From Thermoanaerobaculia bacterium (GTDB taxonomy: Bacteria > Acidobacteriota > Thermoanaerobaculia > UBA5066): a DNA stretch of 64,000 nt. Positions 32,843 to 43,182 of the stretch are shown here, piece by piece; position 1 is the stretch's first letter; each line of letters begins with the position of its first letter. The stretch spans positions 1 through 64,000 of the forward strand of contig JBBRRY010000017.1 of NCBI GenBank assembly GCA_038245905.1. Reading direction: 5' to 3'. The position numbers and the translations under genes are program-made. Under the pieces are notes generated by a model that was not told the origin of the DNA, searched no databases, and saw only the letters and a list, made by a program, of their open reading frames with translations.

Positions 32843-34149
32843 TGAAGATCGTCGACGCGGATACGCTTGCGGGCAAGAAGGAGCTGGAGCGGTTGCTAAA
32901 GAGCCGCCGGGGAGCCGCTCCTGACTTCGCGACGCTGAAGCAGGTCCTGCCGATCGTGGAGGATGTTCTGCGAAGAGGGGAGCCTGCGCTCCGGAAATAC
33001 GTGAAGTGCTTCGACCCGTTGCGCGGCGCCCCTTCTTACCCTTCTAAGAAGCTCTTGATCACTCCCCGACGTGAGGAGTCTTCTCGGGTGGATCCGGCGT
33101 TTCAGGCGGCGTTTGTCTTCGCCCGCAAGCGCATCGAGGCTTATCACCGCAAGCAGCTCTCGTCCGTCTCGCCGGGTTTCTCCTTCAAGGACTCTCTCGG
33201 CGTCTCCTTCGTGGAGAGGCCCACGCCGTTCGATTCGGTGGGCGTCTATGTGCCCGGGGGCCGCGCCTTCTATCCGTCCTCGCTTCTCATGGGGGTCGTG
33301 CCCGCGCGCGTCGCGGGCGTCAGGCGAGTCGTCGTCGCGACGCCGCGCGGGGCGTGGGCGTCGAGCCCCGAGCTCCGGTGGGCGGCGGCCGAGCTGGGAG
33401 TCGACGAGGTGCTCCTCGCGGGAGGGGCCCACGGTATCGCCGGCCTCGTGTCCGTCGCGGGCGTCGCGAAGATCGTCGGCCCCGGGAACCGGTTCGTCGC
33501 GGCGGCGAAGCACCTCGTCTCGGGCCTCGTGGCGGTGGACATGCCGGCAGGGCCTTCGGAAGTCGCAATCCTCGCGTCGGCCGATGCGGACCCGGCGCTC
33601 GTGGCGGCGGATCTTCTCGCGCAAGCGGAGCACGATCCCGACGCAAAGTGCTTGCTGTTTACGAGCTCGAGAAGGCTGGCGGACGCCGTTCGATGCGCGG
33701 CGCTCTCGCAGATGGATGCCTTCGAAGAGGATTCTTCTTTGATGGTGATGAGAGCGGCCTTGCGCCGCGGTGGGCGGATCTTTCTATTCAAAGAAATCTC
33801 CCGCGCCGCGTCGGCCTGCGCTGCCGTGTTCGCGGAGCACGTTCAGGTCATGGGCCGGTCTGTCGAGCGCTCGGCGGGTTCTCTCTTTCCCGCTGCCGGA
33901 ACCTTGTTCATTGGCCCGTCGACGCCGACCGCGCTCGGGGACTACGTCCTCGGCCCGAATCACGTACTGCCCACAGGCGGTGCCGCGCGCAGCTTCTCGG
34001 GTCTCTCGGTGCGCGACTTCCTGCGCTGGGGGCGATCGGTCTCGGCCCCCGTGAAGGCGGCCCGCCGCCTCGCGCCCGCGGCAGCGGTCCTGGCGCGATT
34101 CGAAGGTCTCGTCGCCCACGCGAGCGCGCTCGACCGGAGAGTCCGGTGA
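32839..34149 (+). CDS. hisD: Histidinol dehydrogenase
   Basis: GVYVPGG, GPGNRFV, DMPAGPSE, LAQAEH, GPNHVLPT. Confidence 0.96.
   Translation: MMKIVDADTLAGKKELERLLKSRRGAAPDFATLKQVLPIVEDVLRRGEPALRKYVKCFDPLRGAPSYPSKKLLITPRREESSRVDPAFQAAFVFARKRIEAYHRKQLSSVSPGFSFKDSLGVSFVERPTPFDSVGVYVPGGRAFYPSSLLMGVVPARVAGVRRVVVATPRGAWASSPELRWAAAELGVDEVLLAGGAHGIAGLVSVAGVAKIVGPGNRFVAAAKHLVSGLVAVDMPAGPSEVAILASADADPALVAADLLAQAEHDPDAKCLLFTSSRRLADAVRCAALSQMDAFEEDSSLMVMRAALRRGGRIFLFKEISRAASACAAVFAEHVQVMGRSVERSAGSLFPAAGTLFIGPSTPTALGDYVLGPNHVLPTGGAARSFSGLSVRDFLRWGRSVSAPVKAARRLAPAAAVLARFEGLVAHASALDRRVR
32958..33056. repeat. Dispersed motif, pair in the 5' part of hisD
   Basis: Degenerate reverse GGAGGATGTTCTGCGAAGAGGGGA (32958-32981); forward GGCGCCCCTTCTTACCCTTCTAAGAAGCTCTT (33025-33056). 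Confidence 0.65.
33724..33800. repeat. Dispersed motif, pair in the 3' part of hisD
   Basis: Reverse GAAGAGGATTCTTCTTTGATGGTGATGAGAG (33724-33754); forward TTTCTATTCAAAGAAATCTC (33781-33800). Confidence 0.55.
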
Positions 34150-35213
34150 CCGGCCGGCCCATCCCGGTCCGCGAGGAGATCCGGTCGCTCAGGGCCTATC
34201 GCCTCGAGTCCGAGGACGCCCCCCCTCTCCGAGCGAAGCTGGACTTCAACGAGTCGCCGTTCGACGTGCCCGAGGAAATCCGCGCGGAGGTCCTCGCGCG
34301 CCTCGCGGCGAAGAGATGGGGCCGCTACCCCGAGTTCGGCGCGCCGCGTCTGAAGAGGGCGGTCGCCGAGGCGATTGGCCGGCGGCCCGAAGAGATCGTG
34401 GTCGGCAACGGGTCTGGTGAGGTCCTTCTCGCGGCGGTCTCCGTCTTCGCGGGGGGCGGCTCTCTCGTCCTTCCGACGCCCACGTTCTCGCTCTACGGAC
34501 AGATCGCGGCGATCGCGGCGGCCCGCGTCGTGGACGTGCCGCGCACGGGGCCGGATTTCGAGCTCGTCGAGGACGCATTTCTCGCCGCGGTGTCCCGGCC
34601 GCACGCCGTTCCTCTCGTCTGCTCGCCGAACAACCCGACGGGCGGCGTCGTACGGCGGGAATTCCTGGAGAGGCTGCTCACGGCCGCGCCCGTCGTGCTC
34701 CTCGATCAGGCCTACGTGGATTTCGCGGGGCCCGGCGACGACGGCCTCTCGCTCCTCGATGCCTATCCGAACCTCGTCGTCTTCCGGACGCTCTCGAAGG
34801 CGTACGCGGCCGCGGGCTTCCGGATCGGGTACGCAGTCGCGCCGCCGGAGCTCGCGCGGGAGATCGAGAAGGCCGTCCTGCCGTTCAGCGTCGACCTCGC
34901 GGCCGAGGAGTTGGCGGTCGCCGTCCTCGGGCGTCCAGAGGTTGCGCGGGCCCACCTGGGCAAGATCGTGGCCGAGAGGTTGCGCGTGGCCGCGGCGCTC
35001 ACGGCGGCCGGCTGCCTCGTGGCTTCGTCGTCCGCAAATTTTCTCTTCGTGCGTCCGCCGGGCGGCCAGGCGGAGCCGGTCCGCCGGGCGCTTCTCGACA
35101 GGGGAATCCTCGTGCGCGAAATGACCGCGGCGGCGCCCGGGCGCCTCCGTGTTTCGATCGGATCCCGTGAGGAGAACGATCTTTTCCTCGAAGCGCTTCG
35201 GGAGGTGTTATGA
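34146..35213 (+). CDS. hisC: Histidinol-phosphate aminotransferase
   Basis: KLDFNESP, GNGSGE, SPNNPTG, DQAY, RTLSKAYAAAGFRIG. Confidence 0.96.
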   Translation: MTGRPIPVREEIRSLRAYRLESEDAPPLRAKLDFNESPFDVPEEIRAEVLARLAAKRWGRYPEFGAPRLKRAVAEAIGRRPEEIVVGNGSGEVLLAAVSVFAGGGSLVLPTPTFSLYGQIAAIAAARVVDVPRTGPDFELVEDAFLAAVSRPHAVPLVCSPNNPTGGVVRREFLERLLTAAPVVLLDQAYVDFAGPGDDGLSLLDAYPNLVVFRTLSKAYAAAGFRIGYAVAPPELAREIEKAVLPFSVDLAAEELAVAVLGRPEVARAHLGKIVAERLRVAAALTAAGCLVASSSANFLFVRPPGGQAEPVRRALLDRGILVREMTAAAPGRLRVSIGSREENDLFLEALREVL

Positions 35214-35806
35214 GCAGGGTCGGAACAGTCGAGCGGAAGACGAAGGAGACGGACGTGTCCCTGTCGCTGACGCTCGACGGAGCGGGGCGAACGGACGTGA
35301 CTACGCCCGTCGGGTTTCTCTCCCACATGCTCGAGACGATCGCGAAGCACGCGCGCGTCGATCTCACGGTCCGGGCGTCGGGCGACGTGCACATCGACGC
35401 CCACCACACGGTCGAGGACGTCGGCCTCGCCTTCGGCGAGGCGCTGGCTCAGGCCCTCGGGTCGCGCGCGGGAATCGAGCGCTTCGGCGAGAGCCTCGTG
35501 CCGCTCGACGAGGCTCTCGCGCGTTCGGTCGTCGACCTCTCTGGCCGGCCGTACATCGTGTTCGAGTCTCCCATCGACAAAGAGCTCCTCCTTGTCACGA
35601 ACGACTTCCCGTTCGCGCTCGTCGAAGAGTTCTGGAAGTCCGCGGCGTTTCGCGGCAAGTTCAACCTCCATGTGGACGTGATCCGCGCCCGGAACGGCCA
35701 TCACGCGGCCGAGGCTGTCTTCAAGTCGGCCGCGCGCGCGCTGCGCCAGGCCATGACGATCACGGGCTCAGAGGTTCTCTCGACGAAAGGGACGCTGACG
35801 GCATGA
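35210..35806 (+). CDS. hisB: Imidazoleglycerol-phosphate dehydratase
   Basis: RKTKET, DAHHTVED, NGHHAAEAVFK, STKG. Confidence 0.97.
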   Translation: MSRVGTVERKTKETDVSLSLTLDGAGRTDVTTPVGFLSHMLETIAKHARVDLTVRASGDVHIDAHHTVEDVGLAFGEALAQALGSRAGIERFGESLVPLDEALARSVVDLSGRPYIVFESPIDKELLLVTNDFPFALVEEFWKSAAFRGKFNLHVDVIRARNGHHAAEAVFKSAARALRQAMTITGSEVLSTKGTLTA

Positions 35807-36432
35807 GCGAAGCCCCCGCGCCGGTGGTCACGCTCGTGGACTACGGGGTCGGTAACACGGCTTCCGTCATCCGCGCCTTCCGCCGGCTCGGCGCCGAGGT
35901 GGACTTCACGGCCGATCTCGACCGGGTCGCGGCCGCCCGCCGCCTCGTGCTGCCCGGCGTCGCCGCGTTCGCCCCGGCGATGAACCGGCTGCTCGAGACC
36001 GGCCTCGAATCGGCCGTGCGGGCAGCCGTGAAGCGGGGAGGGCGTCTGCTCGGGCTCTGCCTGGGTTTTCAGCTTCTCTTCGAAGAAAGCGAGGAGCACG
36101 GCGTTCACCGGGGGCTCGGCCTCGTGTCCGGCCGTATCCGGCCCTTCCCGGGCAGCGTGCGGTCGCCTCACGTGGGCTGGAACCGGCTCCTCACTCGCCG
36201 GCCGGACGGTTTCGTCGCGGGGCTTCAGGACCGGAGCTTCGTCTACTTCGTCCATTCCTTCAGACCCGAGGGCGCCGAAGCCGCGGACGTCGCGGCGGCC
36301 TGCGACCACGGCGGAGAGTTCCCGGCGATCGTGCAGCGCGGGAACGTCTGGGGTTGTCAGTTCCACCCGGAAAAGTCGTCGGAGAACGGCCGGCTCCTGC
36401 TCTCGAATTTTCTCGAGGGGGATCCGGCGTGA
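35803..36432 (+). CDS. hisH: IGP synthase glutaminase subunit
   Basis: DYGVGN, GLCLGFQ, PHVGWN, YFVHS, QFHPEKS. Confidence 0.97.
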   Translation: MSEAPAPVVTLVDYGVGNTASVIRAFRRLGAEVDFTADLDRVAAARRLVLPGVAAFAPAMNRLLETGLESAVRAAVKRGGRLLGLCLGFQLLFEESEEHGVHRGLGLVSGRIRPFPGSVRSPHVGWNRLLTRRPDGFVAGLQDRSFVYFVHSFRPEGAEAADVAAACDHGGEFPAIVQRGNVWGCQFHPEKSSENGRLLLSNFLEGDPA

Positions 36433-37214
36433 ACGGCGGCCGGCTTGCGCTGTGGCCCGCGATCGACCTCATGGGCGGCCGCGTGGTCCGGCTGCTCAGG
36501 GGCAAGCGCGAGGCCGTGACGTTCTACGACGAGCAGCCTTCCGAGGCCGCGAGGCGATTTGCGGCGGAAGGCGCCGACGGCATCCACGTGGTGGATCTCG
36601 ATGCGGCATTCGGAACGGGGGACAACGAAAGCAATCGGAAAGAGATTGAAGAAATACTTTCTGTTTCGGAGGCTTCCGGGGTGGCAGTGCAAGTCGGGGG
36701 AGGGCTGCGCGCCACCGCGGCCGTCGAAGATTTCTTAGAAGGGGTGAGTACCGCTAGGGCAGTTGTCGGCAGCCTGCCGTTCCTCGACCGCCCCGCGTTC
36801 ACACACCTTCTAAGAAAATCTTCCTCTTCCGTCTCGGCCCGCATCGTGGTGGCCCTCGATTGCAAGGATGGCCGTCCGACCGTCCGCGGCTGGACCGAGG
36901 ACGCGGGAGCGGGTGACGCCGTGTCCGTGGCACGCGAGATGTGGGGCCTCGGCGTCCGGGCGCTCCTCGTCACGGACGTCGCGTGCGACGGGGCCATGAC
37001 GGGCCCGAATCTCGAACTCCTCGCCGGAGTGCGCGCCGTCTTTCCGGGCGAGATCCTGGCGTCCGGCGGCATGCGAGGAGAACGGGATCTCGATCCGGTC
37101 GACCGCACGCTCGCGGGTGGGCCCCGCGGCGCCATCTTCGGCCGCGCATTGCACGGCGGAGTCACCACCATGGCGAAGCTCAAGGCGGCGCGCGACCTCG
37201 GGAGGCCTTCATGA
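36429..37214 (+). CDS. hisA: ProFAR isomerase
   Basis: [40 protein letters not shown]. Confidence 0.95.
   Translation: MNGGRLALWPAIDLMGGRVVRLLRGKREAVTFYDEQPSEAARRFAAEGADGIHVVDLDAAFGTGDNESNRKEIEEILSVSEASGVAVQVGGGLRATAAVEDFLEGVSTARAVVGSLPFLDRPAFTHLLRKSSSSVSARIVVALDCKDGRPTVRGWTEDAGAGDAVSVAREMWGLGVRALLVTDVACDGAMTGPNLELLAGVRAVFPGEILASGGMRGERDLDPVDRTLAGGPRGAIFGRALHGGVTTMAKLKAARDLGRPS
36726..36823. repeat. Dispersed motif, best inverted pair (hisA)
   Basis: GAAGATTTCTTAGAAGG (36726-36742), 63 nt, CCTTCTAAGAAAATCTTC (36806-36823); complementary apart from one extra A. Confidence 0.8.
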
Positions 37215-38644
37215 CCCTCGCCGTCCGCGTCATCCCGTGTCTGGACGTCTCGGAAGGCCGCGTCGTAAAGGGCGTCTCGTTCGAAAATCTCCGCGACGCG
37301 GGAGATCCGGTCGAAGCGGCCACGCGCTACGAGGCCGAGGGGGCCGACGAGGTGGCTTTCCTCGACATCGCGGCCGCGCACGAGAAGCGAGGGACGTTCG
37401 TGGGGCTCGTGGGGCGCGTGGCCGAGGCGCTGTCTATTCCCTTCACCGTCGGCGGCGGCGTGCGTTCCGTGGAGGACGCGGACGCGCTCCTCAAGGCCGG
37501 GGCCGACCGGGTCACGGTGAACACAGCCGCGGTCGAGGACCCTTCCCTCATCACGCGCCTCTCCGAGCGGTTCGGAGCGCAGTGCGTCGTCGTCGCAATC
37601 GACGGAAAGAGGCTGCGCGATCCGAACGGCCTCGCGGTGATGCGCGTGACGACTCACGGGGGGAGGCGGCCCGTAGACCGCACGGTCACATCCTGGGCGG
37701 CCGCGGCGGCGGCAGCAGGAGCCGGCGAGATTCTGCTCACGTCCGTCGACGCGGACGGCACCCAGGCGGGGTTCGATCTCGAAATGCTCCGCGCCGTTCG
37801 CTCCGTCGTGGATGTGCCGGTCGTGGCCTCGGGAGGCGCGGGCCGGCTCGAAGACTTCGCGAAGGCGGTTCTCATCGGGGGCGCCGACGCCGTGCTCGCG
37901 GCGTCCGTCTTCCACGACCGCGTCTTCACGATTGGCGCGGTCAAGGAGGCGATGCGGCGTGCCGGCCTCGTCGTGCGCCCCGCTCCGGCCCGCGCACGTA
38001 CGCTGCTTCCCCGCTACGACGAGAACGGGCTCGTGCCCGTGATCATGCGGGACGTCGCGACCGGCAGGGTCCTCACGCTCGCGTGGGCGAACGCGGACGC
38101 GATCGCAAAGACCCGCGAGACCGGCCTCGCGCACTTCTACAGCCGGTCCCGGAAGTCCCTGTGGCGGAAGGGGGAGACGTCGGGGAACATCCAGCACGTC
38201 GCGGGAATTTCCCTCGACTGCGACGACGATGCCGTGCTGTACGACGTGCGCCCGTCGGGTCCCGCCTGCCACACGGGAGCGGAATCGTGCTTCACGCGCG
38301 TGGAGAGCTTCGACTCCTTCGACGTCCATGGCGCAGTCGCCGACGGGCTCGACCTCACCGAACTGTTCGCCGTCGTGAGGAGCCGGAAGGAATCGCCGGT
38401 CGCCGGCTCGTATACGAGCAAGCTCTTTGACGACGGAATAGCGCGCATCGCACAGAAAGTGGGGGAGGAAGCCGTCGAGACGGCGCTCGCCTCGGTGACA
38501 GGCGACGGCAATGCGCTCGCGGGAGAGGCGGCCGATCTTCTTTATCACCTCGCGGTCCTGCTCACGGCGCGCGGCGTCGCACCGGGCGACGTCGCCGCGA
38601 AACTCGCTGAGCGCCGAGGCGCCGCGAGGCGCGAGAAGCCGTGA
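37211..38644 (+). CDS. hisFIE: Fused HisF-HisI-HisE
   Basis: [24 protein letters not shown] (HisF); [23 protein letters not shown] (HisI); [23 protein letters not shown] (HisE). Confidence 0.95.
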   Translation: MTLAVRVIPCLDVSEGRVVKGVSFENLRDAGDPVEAATRYEAEGADEVAFLDIAAAHEKRGTFVGLVGRVAEALSIPFTVGGGVRSVEDADALLKAGADRVTVNTAAVEDPSLITRLSERFGAQCVVVAIDGKRLRDPNGLAVMRVTTHGGRRPVDRTVTSWAAAAAAAGAGEILLTSVDADGTQAGFDLEMLRAVRSVVDVPVVASGGAGRLEDFAKAVLIGGADAVLAASVFHDRVFTIGAVKEAMRRAGLVVRPAPARARTLLPRYDENGLVPVIMRDVATGRVLTLAWANADAIAKTRETGLAHFYSRSRKSLWRKGETSGNIQHVAGISLDCDDDAVLYDVRPSGPACHTGAESCFTRVESFDSFDVHGAVADGLDLTELFAVVRSRKESPVAGSYTSKLFDDGIARIAQKVGEEAVETALASVTGDGNALAGEAADLLYHLAVLLTARGVAPGDVAAKLAERRGAARREKP

Positions 38645-40017
38645 GGAATCTCCACCGCCTCGTCGTGGTCGAGAGGCCGGCGGACCTTACGACGCCCGTT
38701 GCGCTCATGAAGGGCCTTCTTGCCGGCGAGGGGCCGTGCTTCCTTCTCGAATCGGTCGAGGGGGGCGACCGCGTGGCGCGGTGGTCCTTCCTCGGGGCGT
38801 CGCCCTCGGGAGAGATCTCCGGCCAGGATACGGATCCGTTCGCCGCCCTCCGCGCGCTGCCTCGCGGCGAAATGGCGGCAGGCGGGGACGACCTCCCTCC
38901 CTTCACGGGCGGAGCCGTCGGTTACGCGGGCTACGACGCCGTGAGGCGCCTCGAACGCCTCCCCGAAACGAACCCGGACCCGATCGGGCTGCCGGACGCG
39001 TGGTTCGGGATCTTCGACGCGGTCATCGCGTTCGACCATGTGCGGCACCGCCTTCTCTTCGTGACGCATGCCGAAGAGGGCCGGGAGGAAGAGGCGCGCG
39101 CTCGTCTGCACGCGCTCGAGGCGCGCACCCTCACCCGAGGTGGTGAAACGCGCACAGAGACTCTCTCTTCTCTTACCTTCAAAGAATCTTCTCCTCGTTC
39201 CTCCTACATCGCGGCGGTCGAGCGCGCGAAGGAGCACATTCGGGCGGGCGACGTGTTTCAGGTCGTCCTCTCGCGCCGCTGGTCCGCACCCTTCGACGGC
39301 GACGCCTTCGCTGTCTACCGCGCGCTCCGGTCCATCAGCCCGTCGCCGTACCAGTACTTCCTGAGGACGCCGCACGGCGCGATCTTCGGAGCCTCGCCCG
39401 AGCGACTCGTGCGCGTCGCGGCGGCCCTCGGCGGCGCGGCCGTGGAGACGATTCCTCTCGCCGGCACCCGCGCGCGCGGCGCGACGCGCGAAGAGGACCT
39501 CGCCCTCGAGAAGGAGCTCCTCGCGGACCCGAAGGAGCGCGCGGAGCACGTGATGCTCGTGGATCTCGGGAGAAACGACCTCGGCCGAGTCGCGAAGGCC
39601 GGGAGCGTGCGCGTGGAAGATTTTTTCCGCGTCGAGCGCTATTCCCACGTGATGCACATCGCCTCGCGCGTGACCGGCGTTCTCGCCGAGGGGAAGGACG
39701 CCGTCGACGCTCTCGTGGCGACGTTTCCGGCCGGGACGCTTACGGGAGCGCCGAAAATACGCGCGATGGAGATCATCGAGGACCTCGAGCCGGTGCGGCG
39801 CGGCGCCTACGGCGGCACCGTGGGCTACCTCGACTTCGCCGGAAACCTCGACGTGGCTATCGCGATCCGCACGGCGGTCGTCGCGAACGGCATTCTCCAC
39901 GTGCAGGCCGGCGCCGGCATCGTCGCCGACTCCGACCCCGAGGCCGAAGCGACCGAGTGCGAGAACAAGGCCCGTGCTCTCATGGGCGCCGTTGCGAAGG
40001 CGGGGACGTACCGATGA
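38641..40017 (+). CDS. trpE: Anthranilate synthase component I
   Basis: [49 protein letters not shown]. Confidence 0.95.
   Translation: MRNLHRLVVVERPADLTTPVALMKGLLAGEGPCFLLESVEGGDRVARWSFLGASPSGEISGQDTDPFAALRALPRGEMAAGGDDLPPFTGGAVGYAGYDAVRRLERLPETNPDPIGLPDAWFGIFDAVIAFDHVRHRLLFVTHAEEGREEEARARLHALEARTLTRGGETRTETLSSLTFKESSPRSSYIAAVERAKEHIRAGDVFQVVLSRRWSAPFDGDAFAVYRALRSISPSPYQYFLRTPHGAIFGASPERLVRVAAALGGAAVETIPLAGTRARGATREEDLALEKELLADPKERAEHVMLVDLGRNDLGRVAKAGSVRVEDFFRVERYSHVMHIASRVTGVLAEGKDAVDALVATFPAGTLTGAPKIRAMEIIEDLEPVRRGAYGGTVGYLDFAGNLDVAIAIRTAVVANGILHVQAGAGIVADSDPEAEATECENKARALMGAVAKAGTYR
39161..39191 (+). repeat. Dispersed motif, single copy in trpE
   Basis: CTCTCTCTTCTCTTACCTTCAAAGAATCTTC. 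Confidence 0.7.
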
Positions 40018-40583
40018 TCCTCGTCGTCGACAACTACGACTCCTTCACGTACAACCTCGTCCAGATCCTCTCCATGTTCGACGGCGACGTACGCGTCGTG
40101 CGAAACGACGCGCTCAGCGTGGACGCGATCCTCGCTGCGAAGCCGGACCGGCTCGTCGTGTCTCCGGGGCCGGGCCGGCCGGAAGACGCGGGAGTCTCGT
40201 GCGAGCTGATCCGCCGGAACGAGCGGATCCCTCTCTTAGGAGTCTGCCTCGGGCATCAGGCCCTCGGGGCCGTCTTCGGCGGAACGGTCTCCCGCGCGCC
40301 GGTCCTCATGCACGGCAAGACTTCGGAAATCTCGCACGAGGGAGCGGGCCTTTTCGCGGGGCTCCCGAGCCCGTTCACGGCCACGCGGTACCACTCCCTC
40401 GTCGTGGAGCGGGACTCGGTTCCCGCGGCGCTCCGGATCACCGCCACGACCGATGACGGGCTCGTGATGGGCCTCGCCCATCGGACCCGCCCTCTCGTCG
40501 GCGTGCAGTTCCATCCCGAGTCGATCCTGACGAAAGAGGGGGAGCGGCTCCTGAAGAACTTCGTGGACGGGCGGCTCGCGTGA
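40014..40583 (+). CDS. trpG: Anthranilate synthase component II
   Basis: DNYDSFTYNL, SPGPG, GVCLGHQ, QFHPES. Confidence 0.96.
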   Translation: MILVVDNYDSFTYNLVQILSMFDGDVRVVRNDALSVDAILAAKPDRLVVSPGPGRPEDAGVSCELIRRNERIPLLGVCLGHQALGAVFGGTVSRAPVLMHGKTSEISHEGAGLFAGLPSPFTATRYHSLVVERDSVPAALRITATTDDGLVMGLAHRTRPLVGVQFHPESILTKEGERLLKNFVDGRLA

Positions 40584-41620
40584 CGACGGCCGCCCATCGC
40601 GCGCTCTGGACGGTGGCGCGTGGCGCGCATCTGACCCGCGCGGAAGCGCGGGCAGCCGTGACGGCGCTTCTCGACGAGGACATCCCCGGGACGATCGTGG
40701 CCGGCCTCCTCGCGGCGCTGGCGGCCCGGGGCGAGACGATCGAGGTCGTGGCGGGCGCCGTGGATGTCCTCCGGGCGCGGGCGGCGCGGCCTCCCGTGGA
40801 CGCGGCACTGGCCGCCCGCTCCATCGACGTCTGCGGAACCGGGGGCGACGGGTTCGGCACCTTCAATGTCTCGACGGCCGCCGCGTTCGTGGTCGCGGGC
40901 GCAGGGACGCCCGTCGCCAAACACGGGAACCGTGCCGTCTCCTCGGCATGCGGCTCGGCCGACGTCCTCGCAGCGCTTGGTGTCGAAATCGAGATGTCTC
41001 CCGTCCGGGCCGCCGAGGCGCTCGCGCGCGCGAACGTCACTTTCTTCTTCGCGCCGCTCTATCACCCCTCGATGAAGAAGGTAGGCCCGATCCGGCGCGA
41101 GCTGGGAGTCCGCACGGTATTCAACCTCGCCGGACCCCTTTCGAATCCGCTCGGCGTGACGCGGCAGATCGTGGGGGTGGATCATCCCGAGCGGGTGCCC
41201 GTGATCGCGGGAGCCCTCGCGGAGCTCAACACCGAGCGCGCGCTGGTGTTCTCGCACGAGACCGGCGGCGACGAGCTGCTGCCCTTCGGGCGCACGTTCG
41301 CGGCAGACGTGCGCGGGACCCATGTCGAGCTTCTCGAGCTCTCTGCCCCGGATTTCGGCCTCGAGGAGGGCGAGGGGGCCGATCCCTTGAAGGGCGGGGA
41401 CGCCCACACGAACGCGGAGATCCTGCGCGCGATCCTGGGAGGCTTCCGGCGCGACGCGCGGGACGTCGTCCTGATGAACGCTGCAGCTGCGCTCGTCGTC
41501 TCGGGACTGGCCGCTGATTACCGGGAAGGCGTCACGCGGGCGGAACACGCCATCGACGAGGGGAGTGCCCGGGAGGCGCTCGATGCGCTCGTGAGAATCT
41601 CGAACGGGGTCCCGTCCTAA
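40580..41620 (+). CDS. trpD: Anthranilate phosphoribosyltransferase
   Basis: DVCGTGGDG, NVST, KHGNR, GSADVL, RTVFNL. Confidence 0.97.
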   Translation: MTTAAHRALWTVARGAHLTRAEARAAVTALLDEDIPGTIVAGLLAALAARGETIEVVAGAVDVLRARAARPPVDAALAARSIDVCGTGGDGFGTFNVSTAAAFVVAGAGTPVAKHGNRAVSSACGSADVLAALGVEIEMSPVRAAEALARANVTFFFAPLYHPSMKKVGPIRRELGVRTVFNLAGPLSNPLGVTRQIVGVDHPERVPVIAGALAELNTERALVFSHETGGDELLPFGRTFAADVRGTHVELLELSAPDFGLEEGEGADPLKGGDAHTNAEILRAILGGFRRDARDVVLMNAAAALVVSGLAADYREGVTRAEHAIDEGSAREALDALVRISNGVPS

Positions 41621-41635
41621 GAGGAGTAAGAGGGA

Positions 41636-41885
41636 GAGAAATTTCTTAGAAAGGGTAAGAGGAAGAGGGGATGGGCGGATCGATTCTTGGGGAGATTCTC
41701 GCCGCCAAGCGGCGCCGGATCGCCCGTGGGGAGTTCACGGCCGAGACGGGCGCGCGCGCACGCACCAGCGGGGGTAGGGGCGCGCAGCCCGCGGCGCGGC
41801 CCGACGGCGCGCGCTTCGCCGCGGCCCTTAGGTCTCACCCTTCTCTTTCTTCCTCCTCCATTTCTAAGCAAGTCTTTCCTCTTCC
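41636..41885. repeat. Dispersed motif, pair spanning the trpD-trpCF spacer and trpC
   Basis: Reverse GAGAAATTTCTTAGAAAGGGTAAGAGG (41636-41662); forward CCTCCTCCATTTCTAAGCAAGTCTTTCCTCTTCC (41852-41885). Confidence 0.7.
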
Positions 41886-43182
41886 TCTCCTTCTTTCCGA
41901 GATCAAGCACCGCTCCCCGAGCGCGGGCCTGATTCTTCCCGACGCGTCCTCGCGAATCGAGTCCCTCGCGCGCGCCTATCGGCGCGGCGGGGCGTCGGTC
42001 CTCTCCGTCGTCGTCGAGCAGGACTTCTTCGGCGGCGATCCGTCATGGCTGCCCCGCGCGAAGGCTGCGTCCGGGCTGCCCGTCCTGATGAAGGACTTCA
42101 TCGTGGACGAGGCACAGCTGGACTTCGCCGCGGCCCTCGGCGCCGACGCGGTGCTCCTCCTCGTGTCTGCCCTCGAGGACGAGGGGCTTTCGCGCCTCCA
42201 TGCGGCCGCGCGCTCCCGCGGTCTCGCGGTCCTCGTGGAGGCGCACGACGAGGCCGAGACCCGGCGGGCGCTGGATGTGGGCGCGGAGGTTGTCGGCGTG
42301 AACGCGCGGGATCTCGAGACGTTCGCCGTCGACCTGCCTGGAATGGCCCGCCTCGGTTCGCTCCTGCCGACGTCAGTCGTCCGCGTGGCCGAGAGCGGCA
42401 TCAGGACCCGAGCGGACATCGAGGCTCTCTCCATGGCGGGCTATGGGGCTTTTCTCGTCGGTGAGACGCTCCTCCGCGCGTCCGACCCGGCGCGCGCCCT
42501 GCGCGAGCTCAAGGGCGAGAACGCGACCGAGATCAAGATCTGCGGCGTCACCCGGGAAGAAGACGTCGACGCGTGCCTGGAGTTCGGCGTGGACTGGATC
42601 GGGCTCATCTTCGCGGAGCGCTCGCCGCGGAAATTGACGCCAGAGAGAGGAAGAATTCTTCGAATGAGGGCAATGGGGGAGCGCGGTGCGCGACGAGAGG
42701 AAGGCGGGGCTGCGGGCGCCGTCAAGGGTGTGGTGGTTGTCTTCGACGGGGGCGACGAGGAAGAGATTCTTCGAGTCATTGAACTCGTTCGTCCGGACGT
42801 CGTTCAAATGCCAGATCCCCCTCTTACCCTTCAAAAGAAATTCTCTTCTTTCTCTTTTCTTTCGCTGTGGAACACCCTTCGTGTCGGGAGAGATGACTTG
42901 TCGAGTGCGAATGAGCGGCGCGGCGCCGCTCTCCACTTCGATACGTCGGTGGCCGGGGCGAGCGGTGGCACCGGCAAGACATTCGACTGGACTCTTCTGG
43001 ACGCCGTCGATCGATCGCGCCCGCTGATTCTCGCGGGCGGCCTGAATCCCGGAAACGTGGCGGACGCCGTCAGAAGAGTGAAGCCGGACGTCGTGGACGT
43101 GGCGTCGGGAGTGGAGTCCGCGCCCGGAATCAAGGATCGGGCGAAAATCGCCGCATTCGTGAGGGAGGTCCGTGGTGCCTGA
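41671..43182 (+). CDS. trpCF: Fused indole-3-glycerol-phosphate synthase / PRA isomerase
   Basis: [26 protein letters not shown] (TrpC); [27 protein letters not shown] (TrpF). Confidence 0.95.
   Translation: MGGSILGEILAAKRRRIARGEFTAETGARARTSGGRGAQPAARPDGARFAAALRSHPSLSSSSISKQVFPLPLLLSEIKHRSPSAGLILPDASSRIESLARAYRRGGASVLSVVVEQDFFGGDPSWLPRAKAASGLPVLMKDFIVDEAQLDFAAALGADAVLLLVSALEDEGLSRLHAAARSRGLAVLVEAHDEAETRRALDVGAEVVGVNARDLETFAVDLPGMARLGSLLPTSVVRVAESGIRTRADIEALSMAGYGAFLVGETLLRASDPARALRELKGENATEIKICGVTREEDVDACLEFGVDWIGLIFAERSPRKLTPERGRILRMRAMGERGARREEGGAAGAVKGVVVVFDGGDEEEILRVIELVRPDVVQMPDPPLTLQKKFSSFSFLSLWNTLRVGRDDLSSANERRGAALHFDTSVAGASGGTGKTFDWTLLDAVDRSRPLILAGGLNPGNVADAVRRVKPDVVDVASGVESAPGIKDRAKIAAFVREVRGA
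42650..42848. repeat. Dispersed motif cluster in the trpF domain
   Basis: Reverse GAAGAATTCTTCGAATGAGGG (42650-42670) and GAAGAGATTCTTCGAG (42760-42775); forward CCCCCTCTTACCCTTCAAAAGAAATTCTCTTC (42817-42848). Confidence 0.7.
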
